Origin: Eledone cirrhosa | Taxonomy: Eukaryota | Direction: 5' to 3' | Length of the DNA stretch: 64,000 nucleotides | Assembly (NCBI GenBank): GCA_964016885.1 | Contig: OZ024745.1 | Span: 19,716,001-19,780,000, forward strand | In this document: one piece after another, positions 29,084 through 42,888 of the stretch | How the letters are laid out: the number at the start of each line of letters is the position of its first letter | Numbering within the stretch: the first letter of the stretch is position 1 | Translations under genes and position numbers: made by a program | The notes under the pieces: generated by a model | Database searches by the model: none | What the model was told of the DNA's origin: nothing | What the model saw: the letters and a program-made list of their open reading frames with translations, nothing else

Positions 29084-31106
29084 ATTGATTATAATTAACT
29101 ATTCCCAACAACTAGGGGAACTGAAGACTGTAGAATAATGAACAAAATCCCTGAAATCAATTTGGAATGAATATCTCTGACTTGGTAATCTAATATCACA
29201 ACTAATTGACAATTTCATGTGTGACAAGTCATATTAGTCTTCCCACTGCAGACTAGTGATGTTGTCTCAGGGAAAGGCAAAGTTGGCACAACTGACATCA
29301 CATCTTATTTCTACAGCAAGAGCATTGGATCCATAATCATGAGGGGATGAGTTCGATTCCCTGACTGAGCAGTGTGTTCCATCCTTGAGCAAGACACTTT
29401 ATTTCCTATTACTCCAGTTCAAAACATTAAATATACTAAAGAGGGATGGTTGTGCTGTTGAATATATGAAATGGAAACAGATGATACCCACAGGCTATAA
29501 AAGGTGCTGTGGGTTGAAGATGAAGAATACTTATGATAGAGACAGATCAAGGGAGATTTCACCCGTTTGATACCATCTTGCCCAAAATAAGGGACCTCCT
29601 CATTGATTTTACGTTGATCTTACCATGCTTTGTACATTTCATTTTGATCTTTGTTGTCTTCATTTTTCAACTCTTTTCATGCCTATCTCTTGGCTTTAAT
29701 GGCTCTATCAAACTTAACCCTTTCATGACTTCATTTCTAATGGAACACATTCTATCTTAATTAATTAATGAAGATTTTCGAAGGATTTACTAAAATTATT
29801 CTTTCATTACTAAGATAGTAACTCAATGTAAGGTTCTTATATGAAATTACGTTGGAAGATTTTGATTTAAATTGGAAACCTTTAAAATGGGTGGCTTTAT
29901 TTTCATAGAAGCAGAGCTAGTTTTAGAAAGGTTGGTAACTAGAGAGTTAAACCATGTGAGGGAATGTGAGTAAATATAAAAAACTGTGTGGAGGCCTATC
30001 AGATGAATTGGCTGGGGGCCAAATTATTGATCTCCTTGCCTTGGGCCCTGGAAACTAATCCCTGTTCACTGATCCACTCTGAGACAGCATCAGTCTCATA
30101 TGCAAGAAGAAGGATGAGGATGAGGATGAGAAGAAGAAAAAGAAGGAGGAGAGGATGAGAAGAAGAAAAATAAGTACCAGTAATTATGAAGGCCTACTTT
30201 GTCATAAGCTGCTTGAGAATTAGTTTAAGAGTTCAGGCCTGTAGAATATTCAGACACAATATAAATCAAAGATAGCTCCATTGATTAAACACTGTGAATA
30301 CTATATATATCTTTTATCACTATCTGTTTGGTTGGCGTAATGACAATAGGAAAATGATTTCAATATATATATGTGTGATATATACATATATATATATATA
30401 TAGAAAGATTTGAATGGATACAGTTTAGTTGAAAGGAATTTATTGACACGTGTTTCTATAACAGTTACATAACCTAAAACAGCTATCTACAAACTTTTAG
30501 TTATGCAGACATTCAATATTTCAATGTTATTATTTACTGTCATTTCATCAGAATAATATTACTGAGGACCTATTTAGTTTTTATAGAGAATATTAGGAGG
30601 GAGGGGTGAAGTTGTTAGAAGAATAGTTGAAGGAGTGGTTTTTCGATAGCAGTGAGAATTCTTGGTGGCAGTGAGTAATTAGATTCCCATCTGTTGTTTT
30701 GACATTTTTTATAGAATATATTATTGGTTATTTTTCTAAATCTATAGAAGGATTAGAGATAGTGAAGATATGCGTGGTTGGTTTTGTGTTTGCACTTAAT
30801 TAACATTCAGACTTAAATTTTTCTTTCAAGTGTACGTATCCTTTCACCCACGCATTCACACACAAATATATTTGCACACCTCTACAAAATACATATACAC
30901 ACAATTCACATATTCATACTTACATATATATACACATGCATACACATATATACACACATGTATTTATGTACATACATACGCGCTCATGTGTATACATTTT
31001 CATACTCAACTTATCTTTATATACACACGTATAGACACACACATATATACATACATACTCTAGTCCATGTGTACACACATACACATACATACACATCCAT
31101 ATACAC

Positions 31107-31144
<38 letters not shown>

Positions 31145-31147
31145 ATA

Positions 31148-31199
<52 letters not shown>

Positions 31200-31296
31200 C
31201 ACACATACACATACACACACATACACACATATACATATATATATATATATAAGCACTTTAATACATGAATACACTTACATCTAACTATACACATCA

Positions 31297-31350
<54 letters not shown>

Positions 31351-31384
31351 TTTCAACATTCTCTACCAGATATTTTGTTTTAGA

Positions 31385-31464
31385 AAAAAACAACACATCA
31401 CCCGGTCCGAGAATTGAACTGACAACCTTTCGATTGCAAGCCTAATGCTCTAACCACTATGCCA
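31385..31464 (-). mobile_element. tRNA-derived SINE head
   Basis: A box tggcatagtgg and B box agttcaattc on the minus strand; matches 42780-42860. Confidence 0.7.
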
Positions 31465-31466
31465 AA

Positions 31467-32084
31467 AAATGTTGAGAAGCCAGAGGGGATCACTAATGTA
31501 GGCGGGAAGCCGCTAGAATTGGTTGAGGGCTTCCTGTATTTGGGAGCAAAGATTGGGAATACGGAAGATGATGTGGTTGAGAGGAAGAGCAAGGCCTGGG
31601 CGGCGTGCCACAGCTTGAGATCGGTGTGGAAGTCAGACCTTCGTAGAGACCTGAAAATCCGCCTCTTCATTGCTGTAGTGGAGTCTGTGCTGCTGTATGG
31701 GTCTGAGACTTGGACACTGACCAAGAAACTCACTCAGATGGTGGATGGGTGCTGAGGATGGCTCTGAACATTAATCAGTATACACTGAGGATGAAAAACT
31801 CAGAGCTGTATGGGAGCATCCCAAAAGTCAGCTCAAAAGTGACACAGAGGAGACTGAGGTTAGCTGGACATGCTCACCGACATCCAGAGTTGACATTGCA
31901 CTCAGTGTTCCTTTGGGAGCCCCTACATGGACACACTAGAAGAGGAAGACCAAGGTTAACGTATGTTGATGCCCTAAGGACAGACACTGGTCTGTTGGAG
32001 ACGCAGGACATGGCAGCGATAACGAGGGACAGAGACCGCTGGAGAGAACTCGTCCATGGATCTCGGGAATTTTAGCCGCCTTAG
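31467..32084 (+). mobile_element. 5'-truncated copy of the 19005-21960 RTE
   Basis: High identity to 21330-21960; same 3' end ccgccttag|(at)n. Confidence 0.93.
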
Positions 32085-32276
32085 ATATATATATATATAT
32101 ATGCATTTCGCTTAAAGGCATAACTTGTCTCTACATGTTTTGTTGTGTCCCAAAGTGCACTGGAATGAATTGTATTAACCTTAATGTACCAAAACCTTAG
32201 TGATTTCCAGAGGTTGACTGAGGAGATGGGACAGTGTGACTTTCTGTTGTTTTTTCCATTGTTTTGTCCTGTGCAC

Positions 32277-32357
<81 letters not shown>

Positions 32358-32829
32358 AGAGAGAGTTTGGAACTAGCTGTTGAAATGGCAGGAGCTCAGT
32401 CATTTGGGTCTCAACTCTTTCATATATATATATGCATATTAAAATTAATTTCAATATTCAAATCTAAAGCCGCTCCTTGTTGCTATTCTGAATGCCCTCT
32501 AGGAAATTTACATACTTTATATGAGAAAATATAACACATAGATGTGTATACACACACACACACACTAATATTTATGTAACACACATGTCACACACATATA
32601 TTTATATATGAGTGTGGTGTGTACATGATAAATAATAACTGGTTTCTACAGACACATTGTGCTGTACCCTTGAGCAAGTCATCTCACTCTGTTTACTCCT
32701 GTCTCCCTCACTGAACAAAAAGAACAAATTATATATTCACATTGCAAGTTGAAAAACTTCAATTAATTGAGAGTTTTCCCCAAAGGGAGTTCCTGTGTTC
32801 AAATTACAAGGATAGAGATCAGACATTAA

Positions 32830-34409
32830 CCCTTTACCATTTACATTACTTTATATTTACTATTATATTTTCACAGTAAAGGCTTTATCTTACATAATTA
32901 TCTCACCTAATATTAAATCTATGAGATTTTGATATTATTTATTTTGAGAATAATACCTCAACATAAGTATAAACAGCCAGTTATGGCCGGTTTAAACAGA
33001 AAGAGGTGAGAGAATCCTGGCCAGATATGGCCGGTTTAAATGCTAAAGGGTTAAATGATGATAATGTTGGTGGTCTCCAGACAAAGCTATACTATATGAT
33101 GCCTGCATAAGAAGTGCAATATTGCATGGTAGATATAAGGAATGTTATATGGTAGTGAGACATAGGCAGTGTTTGTTTAAGGTGTGTAATGTTACATGGT
33201 AATGAGACATAGGCAGTGTTTGTTTAAGGTGTGTAATGTTACATGGTAATGAGACATAGGCAGTGTTTGTTTAAGGTGTGTAATGTTACATGGTAATGAG
33301 ACATAGGCAGTGAATACGTGGGAAGTGTTGTTTCAACTAGATAGTATTGTAATAGTAAGAAATATAATTCTAATTATCTTGGTAGTTTGGTTTGTTGTCT
33401 GGTCTAGATACTAAGTTGCCTGGCTTTAAATTAAATTTAACCCTTTAATGTTCAAACTGGCCAAAACCGACCGGCCAGAATTCTCTCACCTCTTTCTGTT
33501 GAAACTGGCTGTAACTGGTCACTCAAACTGATGTTAATGTATTGTTCTCAAAATAAATACTTTCAAAATCTCATAGATTCGATATTATGTGAGATAATTA
33601 TGCGAGGTAAAGCCTTTATCATGAAAATATAATAGTATATATAGAGTAATGTAAATGCTAAAGTGTTAATGACACCTGAAGTTTCAGCAGTCACTTGTAT
33701 GATAGACAACAATACCATGTTAAACATACATATGCACACGCCCTCTTTCCCCCCCCACACACAAACGAAGGAACCTGCCCACCTCTCATAAAAATGTCTA
33801 TTCTATTTATAGTTTTACAATTAGAAGCAATTTATTAAAAAGTAATTGGATTAGATGAAAAAAAAAGGAATAATTGAAACAGATATTGTCACTTTTTTCT
33901 AGCTTGTAAGTTGTTGATTTTTCAAACTCTATTATTTCTCCATGATTGATTTGGAAAGAAGCATCAACGTTGTTTGATTATGAAAAATAGTTGGGCTTAT
34001 AAATCCTGGAGACAAAAAAAAATTCATACAGCACCACCCATGGAACTCAAACCTACATCTGCAATACAAGATACTGTTTTGCTGTGTTAACTAATTACAC
34101 TACCACCAATAAACTAATTGACTAAGAATTAATTTTTAGAATGGTTTCTTGGCGTAAACCTTGAGAGAACTTCAAGTTGAATATATTAACCCTTTAACAT
34201 TTATATTATTCTATATTTACTATTGTATTTTTGTGGTAAAGGCTTTACCTTATATAATTATCTCAGATAATATCGAATCTATGCGATTTTGATATTATTT
34301 ATTTTGAGAACAATACCTTAACATCAGAATGAGCAGCCAATTATGGCTGTTTGAACAGAAAGAGGAGAGAGAATTCTGGCCGGATATGGCCAGTTTAAGT
34401 GCTAAAGGG
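32830..34409. mobile_element. Cluster of three piggyBac-type MITEs (32830-33050, 33441-33665, 34190-34409)
   Basis: TTAA-ccc...ggg-TTAA ends and an internal sequence shared with 5609-5829; orientations alternate. Confidence 0.8.
33141..33312 (+). repeat. 47-bp minisatellite, about 3.7 copies, RTE-derived
   Basis: Unit contains aatgttacatggtaatgagacataggc, resembling the MLHGSETWA codons; it follows an RTE remnant at about 33080-33132. Confidence 0.75.
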
Positions 34410-35019
34410 TTAAAGTACTAATCTATGATAGTGGATTGACAGAATTGTTAGAATATCATGTAATATTCTTTTGGTGTTTAATCTGGCTCCTTGCTTTCTG
34501 AGTTCATGGGTGGTAGTCATCATCATTTAACATCTGTCTAGCAAGGATTGGATAGGTCTTTACAGACCAAGTCAGTTCTTAAGTGAAGTTACTCACTTTT
34601 AGTCATTATCTCCATACATATGTTCCCATGCTTTTCTGAGTACATTTTATCAAAACATCAGCACTAGGGAAGTTGTCATGCTTTTGTCACAATTAGAGAA
34701 TCCTCCCAATCCTTTGTTTGGAAGAATTTCTATGGCTGGTTGCCTTTCTTATGAAGAACCACTTTACAGAGTGTACTGGGTGCATTTATCGTGAAGATCA
34801 CCAACACTAGAGAGGTTGTTATATCATTACATTACTGAAGAGTCCTTCTGAGGCTTTGTTTAGCAGGTTTTCTATGGTTATTTACCCTTCCTATCACCAA
34901 GCACTTAAGAGACTGGTGAGTATTCAGGTGATGCCCAACATACAATCCTTGTGTATTTTATCATAGCACTTACACTAGGGAAGTTGTCAAAACACTGGAG
35001 TAAATTGTTTTACTGATAA

Positions 35020-35062
<43 letters not shown>

Positions 35063-36573
35063 CTTTCTTTATTAACCACAAGGGTTTACACAAAGTAAGA
35101 CATTAAGGACAGTACAGGACGGTACAAATGGGCATTTCTGTGTGTAAAAAAAAGCAAAAACAGAGGATGAAAATGATTGTGTACAGTGCTCAGGTGCACT
35201 ACAACTCATCAAAGGTGCATAAATAGTACATAGAATAACATTTGGCTTCCCTGTGTTTTCAAATATTATTCTACTGGAATTAACTTTTCATCTCTCTGGG
35301 ATCAATAAAAAAAAAAGTACCAGTAATAGACTGTGGTTAATTCAGTTAATGTGTCTAGTCAAAATAAATTAATATTACAATAACAGTACATAGTGAAAGC
35401 CAGTGTAACTACAAATTATAACGGTTTATAAATCATACAACACGCAAAGGAAAATAGAAAGAGATGAAAATAACACACTAAAGAGTAAAAACATAGTATA
35501 GAAACAAAACTTTTATTTACTATAGCTATAAAATAGAATATTGTGTTGGTTATTTGTTGCTGTATTTGATGTAGTTTTGACAAGATGGTGGTGGTAGTCA
35601 CTGTTGAAGTAAAGTTAACTCAAGCAGCAACAAAGGAAAATAGCGGAGAAAGGATTAATTACATCAAAAGCAAGAAAAGAAAAACAAACAAAAAACCAAA
35701 GATTGGACAGCCAGAGTAAGATGCACAAAGTTAAAATGATTAAAACATCATAGTCACTTGAGGAAAGTAAAAAACACATACACACACACATATTTACGCT
35801 TGCATTAGCAAGAAGATAAAAAGCTTTTTGGACATATCCAACAGGAAAGCAAAGAAAGATTTTAGTGGAAATGTAGAATGAAGGATCAAGCATATTCTCC
35901 ATTTAGCTGGGAAAGCAACAGCCTGATTTCACACGATAGGAATAGGTTTTCCATAAAACTCAATCACTTAGATATTTTTTATAACTTTATTTCCATTTTT
36001 TTTCCAAAATATAATAACTCTTTTATTTATGAAACATTCAACTGTAAAAAAGTTTTAATTTTAATTTCATTTGACTCGATAATTATACTCGTGTGTATGT
36101 ATATATGGCTATTTATTGTAAAATCATAGAACCTTTAACTCTACAAAATACTTCGGCAATGCTGGTATCTCTGCCTCCGTCTCTCACTCTCCCCATCTCT
36201 CACTATTATAAGCAAATGGGGGCCTACACACTGGCTGCCCCATGGGCCCAGTGGACAGAATAGAGAAGGTGTTTTGACATCACTATACAAACAAGATTTC
36301 TAAAGACAGATGTCAGATTTATATTTCTTTCTTATCACAAAAAAATAAAATAAAGGTTAACAGAGCATTACAAATCTAGAGTTGTTCTGGTTGTGTAGCT
36401 TTTGTCTGATCAGGTTGAGTAAACTTAAATCAAACATTTAGAAGCAACCAATAAATTATACTGCCCTAATATGCTACATATCCCACAAGGTCCATCATAT
36501 TGTTGTTACACTTTACTTTGTGGGACAAATAAGTATTTACATCAAGAGAAGAAAATTGAATTTTAATTTTGAC

Positions 36574-36795
36574 CGATGGGTGAAGAATTGTCAGGATATT
36601 CCAGTGGAAGGAAGCTGTAGTAGAGGTCGACCAAGGAAGACCTGGGCAGAGGTTGTGAGAGCTGACCTCAAATCACTAAGATTGGAAGAGGAGATGACGA
36701 AGGAACGTGAGAAGTGGAGAGATGCTATGCTGATAAGGACCCGTCCAACCCATTCAAGCATGGAAAAGCAGACCTAAAAACGATGATGATGATGA
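36574..36795 (+). mobile_element. RTE 3' fragment with tail
   Basis: RGRPRKTWAEVVRADL..EKWRDAML followed by an acccattcaagcatgg..(gat)n tail. Confidence 0.85.
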
Positions 36796-37129
36796 TAATG
36801 ATTTTCAATCTCTTCCATTTTAATTTTTCAGTTTTCACCTTATTTCAGTTTTTATTTCAATTCCAGGATCTTTTATATTTCTATCAAGTAATTCTTTATT
36901 TTTCTTGAGGCACAAAAATGCACCCGGTACACACCATAAGGTGGTTGGCAACAGAAAGGGCCCCCCCACTGTAGAAACCATGACTAAAAGGGTTGAGAGA
37001 GCCCTTTAGTTGTGTTAAAGACACAACAACCTCTCTAGTGTTGATGATCTACACGATAAATGCATCCAGTATAAACTGTACAGTGATCGATGATTGGAAG
37101 AACATCCAGCTGTAGAAAGCTTGCCAAAA

Positions 37130-37341
37130 GGGGTTAGGAAGACCTTTCAGTTGGTATCAAAAGACATGACAACTTCTCCTCTGCTCTCAATATGACCGTA
37201 TGTAAGCGGGACACAGGCCTCTCAGCCTGTATGGGGGGGTTAGGAAGACCTTTCAGTTGGTATCAAAAGACATGACAACTTCTCCTCTGCTCTCAATATG
37301 ACCGTATGTAAGCGGGACACAGGCCTCTCAGCCTGTATGGG
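37130..37341 (+). repeat. 106-bp exact tandem duplication
   Basis: gggttaggaagacctttcag...gcctgtatgg occurs twice. Confidence 0.9.
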
Positions 37342-37759
37342 AGGCAGTAGCCCTGCTTCAGTACTGACTTGGTCTTTGTTAAATGTAAAGTTTGGCATTC
37401 AATCTTGATACAAAACAAATTAAACAAAATACATATCTGAGTGATTCAAGTAAACAGTAAAATATTTTGAGAGTTTGAATAAATCAATAATATATTTACT
37501 TGTCATAAAACACAATACTTGGTATATTTTTCTTTTCTAATGGAGAATTTAAATTTTCTCATTTATGTTTCTGTTTTGCTTCCATTCAATTACAATTTTT
37601 ATGAATACAGATTTCAGCTCCATCTCAGTAAAATCCCTTATTTAATAGAAAACATTCGGTCATTCTGACACTTTTCTAAAAATGGAATAATCCTAGTTTA
37701 ATGAAAGTCTTTAATTTAACATATCTCTAAATTCATATTATATTAAAGCTGGTATATCT

Positions 37760-38162
37760 CATCAACATCATTTTATGTTTGTTGTTTCATGCTTGCATGG
37801 GTTGGACGGGTCCTCCTCAGTACAGCATCTCTCAACTTGTCATGTTCCTTTGTCATCTCCTCTGTGAGCTTTAACAATCTGAGATCAGCTCTCACCACCA
37901 CTTCCATCCAGGTCTTCTTTGGTCTTCCTCTACTGTGGCTTCCTTCCACTGAGATTACATGACATTTCCTTACTTAGCAATCATAATCCATGCTCATCAT
38001 ATGTCCATACCAACAATGCAGTCTTCTCTCCTGTACACTACATCTGATTCCTCTTAAACCCAATTTCTCCCTTAGTTCATCCATGCTTTGACATTCTCTC
38101 ACATTAACATTGCACATGCATTGAAGCATGCTTGCCTCATTTCTCTCTAGTATCTGTAGCAT
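37760..38162 (-). mobile_element. RTE 3' fragment
   Basis: LERNEASML..IRCSVQERRL..WYGH plus tail. Confidence 0.85.
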
Positions 38163-39899
38163 AAAAAGTCTGTACCACTGTGGAAAGGGGATGGTTAAAG
38201 TGTCTGTAAAATATAAAGGGCGTGGCAGTGGTGAATTTTTTTCTTTTAAACCTTGGGCATACGAAAACTATTATTTATCTTCAAATTCTAAATGAGTAAT
38301 ATATTCTATTTTGGTAATTTCAGTCATTAATTTAATTTAAGCAATCTATTTTGTTGTGTTGTCATCACCATCATCATTATCATCATCATCATTTAATGTC
38401 CACTAGTATATATGTAATTAAGTAAAGTGTATATGTAAACTTTTACGAAGTGCTGAGGTGATAAAGTTAATATAAAGAGTGGTGTGCTTCTTTGTAGAGA
38501 TGTTATAAAATAGGGTGAAGACCTTTAAAGACAGAAAAAGAAGTTGCCACTGGCCACTATGAAGAAATGAACCCTATATCTACCAGATACTATAGATATG
38601 TGTGTGTGTGTGTGTACTTAATATTGATGGTTGTGTCTAATAAAACCTAAACCCATTGGATTTCCACAGGGTTAGCTAGTAATGTATGAATGTAGTGTTG
38701 CCTTAGTCTTAAAACACAGACACAAGAAAATGACTTCCTTATCACATAAATAATAATGTTATCTAAGTTTAGGTCAAGTATAACAACAATGAACAACAAC
38801 TGAATTATTCTCAATGTTTTGAAACAGTAAATTATTTCTCTGGGGAAACCTAACTGATTTGTGTAAAAATACATACTAAACCAATAAGAAGTAAAACATT
38901 GTTGTCTACATTTAAATAATGAAGGATAATGAGCTTTAATGAAGTCAATATAGGCAGCAAATTGGCAGAGTCATTAGCTTCTCAGATAGAATACTTAGTG
39001 GTATTTGTTCAAGATCTCTGCACTCTGAGTTCAAATCCCATGAAGGTCAACTTTGCCTTTCGTCCTTTCAAGGTTAATAAAAAGTACCAGTTCAGCATTA
39101 GAGCCTATTCTTCTATATCTCTTTCTTACTTCCTCTCTATCACTCTCTCCTTCTCTGGAGAGGGGATGGGCTCTGCCAGGTTTTAAAAAATACCCAAGAC
39201 TCACTGTATGTCACTATGGCTCTCTTATGACTCCATCAGGAGTTACAGGTCCATACATACAATGTGGTCAATAAGGATATATGGAAAATGAAGCTGCTAT
39301 CCTCCTCTCATTGTAATATGATTGAGTGTGTGGGTCTTTTCCCACTTCCCTTGTTTCTTCCTTATTATCTCCTCTTCTTTTTGTTCTTTTTTTTAAAGGT
39401 ACTGTATATAGTTTTACCCATTAAATAAATTGGATTGACAATATGATATAAATAAAGTTCATTTTTATTATTTTTTCTTTCTATGAGATTCTGAGAACAA
39501 TACCTTAACATTGGTATGAGTAGGTGGTTACAGCCAGTTTGAAAAGAAAGAGATGAGAGAATTCTGTCCAAATACAGCCAGTTTAAATGCTAAAGGGTTA
39601 ATTTTAAATGTCATTTCATTTTAAAAATTTCATTTCCAGTTCACATTTTCAATTAAATTTCTTTTAATTATTTTTACTTAATTTGTTTTCCAATTTTGAA
39701 AAACGGAAATAAAAAAAAGAATTATGATACACACTCAAGTATATTGCAAGGATAAAAGTAACAAACCTACATCAACACAGGACCGTTCAGATCTTAGACC
39801 TTGGGGCCCAAGTTGTAGTCCATTTTGGAAAGGAGATGATGTTATTCACCAATGGTAAACAAGCATGGTTGAAAGAAAGAAAGAGACAGAGACAAGCAT

Positions 39900-40145
39900 T
39901 TACATAGACCTACCTACCCCCAATCAGGCAATGCAGCTTGGTCACAAAAATCTCAAGAAAGTTTGACATTGACCAAGATTTCAAGTTCACCAAATATTAA
40001 ATTATCGAAACATTGCAGAAATGACAAGAATCTATATGAGGGGTTGATTCTGAGCGTATACAATAATTTAGGAATCAATAGGTAATTACTAAGTTTAGAA
40101 AATAAGAAAAAACAATCCTTGATGGGGTTTGATAACATCAATGTC
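39900..40145 (-). pseudogene. Degenerate non-LTR (CRE-like) RT C-terminal fragment
   Basis: IPKLLYTLR..LQCFDNLI...QAALP resembles the CRE-clade thumb region; recognised from memory, not searched. Confidence 0.4.
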
Positions 40146-40152
40146 TTGGAGT

Positions 40153-40553
40153 AAGGTTTACAAACTCAGAGAGAAAGGTAGGCTCAAAAGCTATGTCAGT
40201 AATTGAGGCTTCTTAATTACTCAAGGTTTACCAGCTCAGAGAGAAAGGTAGGCCCAAGAGCTATGTCAGTAATTGAGGCTTCTTAATTACTCAAGGTTTA
40301 CCAGCTCAGAGAGAAAGGTTGGCTCAAAAGCTATGTCAGTAATTGAGGCTTCTTAATTACTCAAGGTTTACCAGCTCAGAGAGAAAGGTAGGCTCAAAAG
40401 CTATGTTCGTAATTGAGGCTTCTTAATTACTCAAGGTTTACCAGCTCAGAGAGAAGGGTAGGCTCAAAAGCTATGTCAGTAATTGAGGCTTCTTAATTAC
40501 TCAAGGTTTACCAGCTCAGAGAGAAAGGTAGGCTCAAAAGCTATGTCAGTAAT
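40153..40553 (+). repeat. 70-bp minisatellite, about 5.7 copies, with an internal hairpin
   Basis: Units start at 40153, 40223, 40293, 40363, 40433 and 40503; agtaattgag-gctt-cttaattact stem. Confidence 0.92.
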
Positions 40554-41168
40554 ATGGGCTTTTAGGGAAGCAGTATTTTGATGAAGGAGAGACCCTTAAA
40601 AAAGGGAAAGATTTAGTGAACAGGTCTACAGTCACCTACAGGCAATTGTAGTGTGCTTTTTCCACCTATTTCTTTTTTATTGATTTCTTCCTTTTGCATA
40701 TCACAAACATTATATAACTGATACACACCATTTACTCAAATAAAATTACAGGGAGAAAAAGGCATCAATAATCGATTTGCCACAAGTATATGGAGGGAGA
40801 CTCAGAAGCCGTCAATTGTTTTTTTAATATGTTTCCACCATTTTTTTATTTTTTGTTTGTTTGCGGTCAGGGTTAAATTAGCGTAGCTAAAAGGTCAAAG
40901 TTAACACCTGATGGTGAGATGTAGACGGAAGATTATACACATTTGAAGAGTTTCTCTTCTCTTCTATCAGACAAATGTCTAAAGAAGATCTCAATAATAT
41001 ATTGTACCTAGTCCCAAATAACTAAAAGAACATTGAGTTAAATATCTTAGTAGAAATGGATCAGAACAATCAGGGCCGGATTTACTGGGGAGCCATGGGG
41101 GCAAATGTCCTACCCCTTCCTCTCTGAAAGGGGCCCCCTTTCTGCACATGTGTGTCTATATCTATATC

Positions 41169-41280
<112 letters not shown>

Positions 41281-41383
41281 AGGATTGTACCAGCTTTAAA
41301 CTAGTACGACCATTATTCAGCAGAGTACTCGACACTTGGGATAGTAGAGTGTAAATATAGTAGAATCAGAGGCCTGACTCTAC

Positions 41384-41420
<37 letters not shown>

Positions 41421-41484
41421 ATATATGTATGTGTGTGTGTGTGTATGTGTATATATATATATATATATACACACATATGTATGA

Positions 41485-41516
<32 letters not shown>

Positions 41517-41742
41517 TGAGACAGTAAACAGAAAACAAAAAAACAATGAGGAAGCGAAGAGGCAGTATAAATGTTAATATTAGTTTCACGCTTGAGAGTA
41601 GGGATATATATTTACTTATTTGTTACATCTTTATCATTTTCATTATAACTTCTTTATTATTATTTATTATTTATTATTGATGTTATTGTTTTGATTCTCC
41701 GATGTATCTATAAATACCAATGCCATGTGTTAAACCCTCCAG

Positions 41743-41851
41743 TATTCCGATGATTTGATCAGAGACACACACTGTATTTAAGGTCGAGTGATGCAACTTC
41801 GAGTGATTAGCAGCCTTTAGACTCACCTGATCAATGAAACAATTGTAAATA
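41743..41851 (+). ncRNA. Type-I hammerhead ribozyme with long stem II and a U4>C core change
   Basis: tatt-CCGATGA-t-ttgatcag...ctgatcaa-t-GAAAC-aatt-GTA-aata; stem III is the palindrome ACAATTGT; lies in the (TA)n-flanked island 41510-42050. Confidence 0.68.
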
Positions 41852-42516
41852 AAACCCTTTTTGTACAGCCGACCATGTTATTCTTCACTCTTTCACTGTT
41901 ATTACTCCAAGTATAACCTGCATGGGAATTCTCGCGAACTCGCTACCTAACTAAGTAAACCTCTTGTTGAGTAAAACAGCGCCGTACGTTAAAACTATCC
42001 ATAGTACAGAGTACTCACAACCTCTAACTGGATTACCTAAAACGATATCCATATATTTATATATATATTTATATATATATATGTCTGTGTGTGTTGTTAT
42101 ATGAGGGGCCCACCAAACCTAAACTGCGACCCGAGCTGCCCAATATTTAAATCTAGTTATAAGAACAACTGAAGTAAGACTCAAGGCACTCTGTACAATA
42201 GACTCATATATATACATTGAAGATTCACCAGCCTGTTAAAACAACAAATCCTTTATTACCATGGATTATGAACATTGTTCCTGTCAAGTCAATGTATTTT
42301 GTAAACAATCTGGTTAGCTTTATATATGAACATGGTTATCTATCTTAGTAGACAGCCAAAATAATAAATGACTTGTTTAACTACTTCTCGTTCTGTTACA
42401 ATTCATGCCTAATGTAATCTGAAATTTTTAGTGATCATACACACACTCAAACATACATAGGTTAGCGGCAAGATACACATAAAGAGACACATGTTACATA
42501 CATACATACATGTATA

Positions 42517-42870
42517 TCATCATCATCATCATCATCATCATTTTACGTCCGCTTTTCCCTGCTTGCAAGGGTGGGACGGGAACTGATTCTGGCTTGATTT
42601 CTACAGCTGGATGCCCTTCCTAACACCAACCTCATTTACAGTGAGTGGTGGGTGCTTTTTTGCCGTGGCACCTCCACGACCACTTTTGCAGTGGAATGAT
42701 AGGGACTCCAGTCCCTATCATCTCATTTCTACAGCTGAGTAAACTGGAGCAATGTGAAATAAAGTGTCTTGCTCAAGGAAACAACACATCACATCAGTCT
42801 GAGAATTGAACTCACAACCTTTCGATTGCAAGGCCAATGTTCTAACCACTAAGCCATGTGCCTCCATATA
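42517..42870 (-). mobile_element. tRNA-head CORE-type SINE with RTE-derived body and tail
   Basis: A and B boxes, ccttgagcaagacactt CORE-like motif, ggtgttaggaagggcatccagc; tail identical to the RTE tail at 13358-13397. Confidence 0.75.
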
Positions 42871-42888
42871 TATGGGTGTATTTTGTAT

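Noticed and set aside
31385-31464. tRNA gene
   Set aside because: A and B boxes are present but there is no acceptor stem, and it continues into SINE body sequence.
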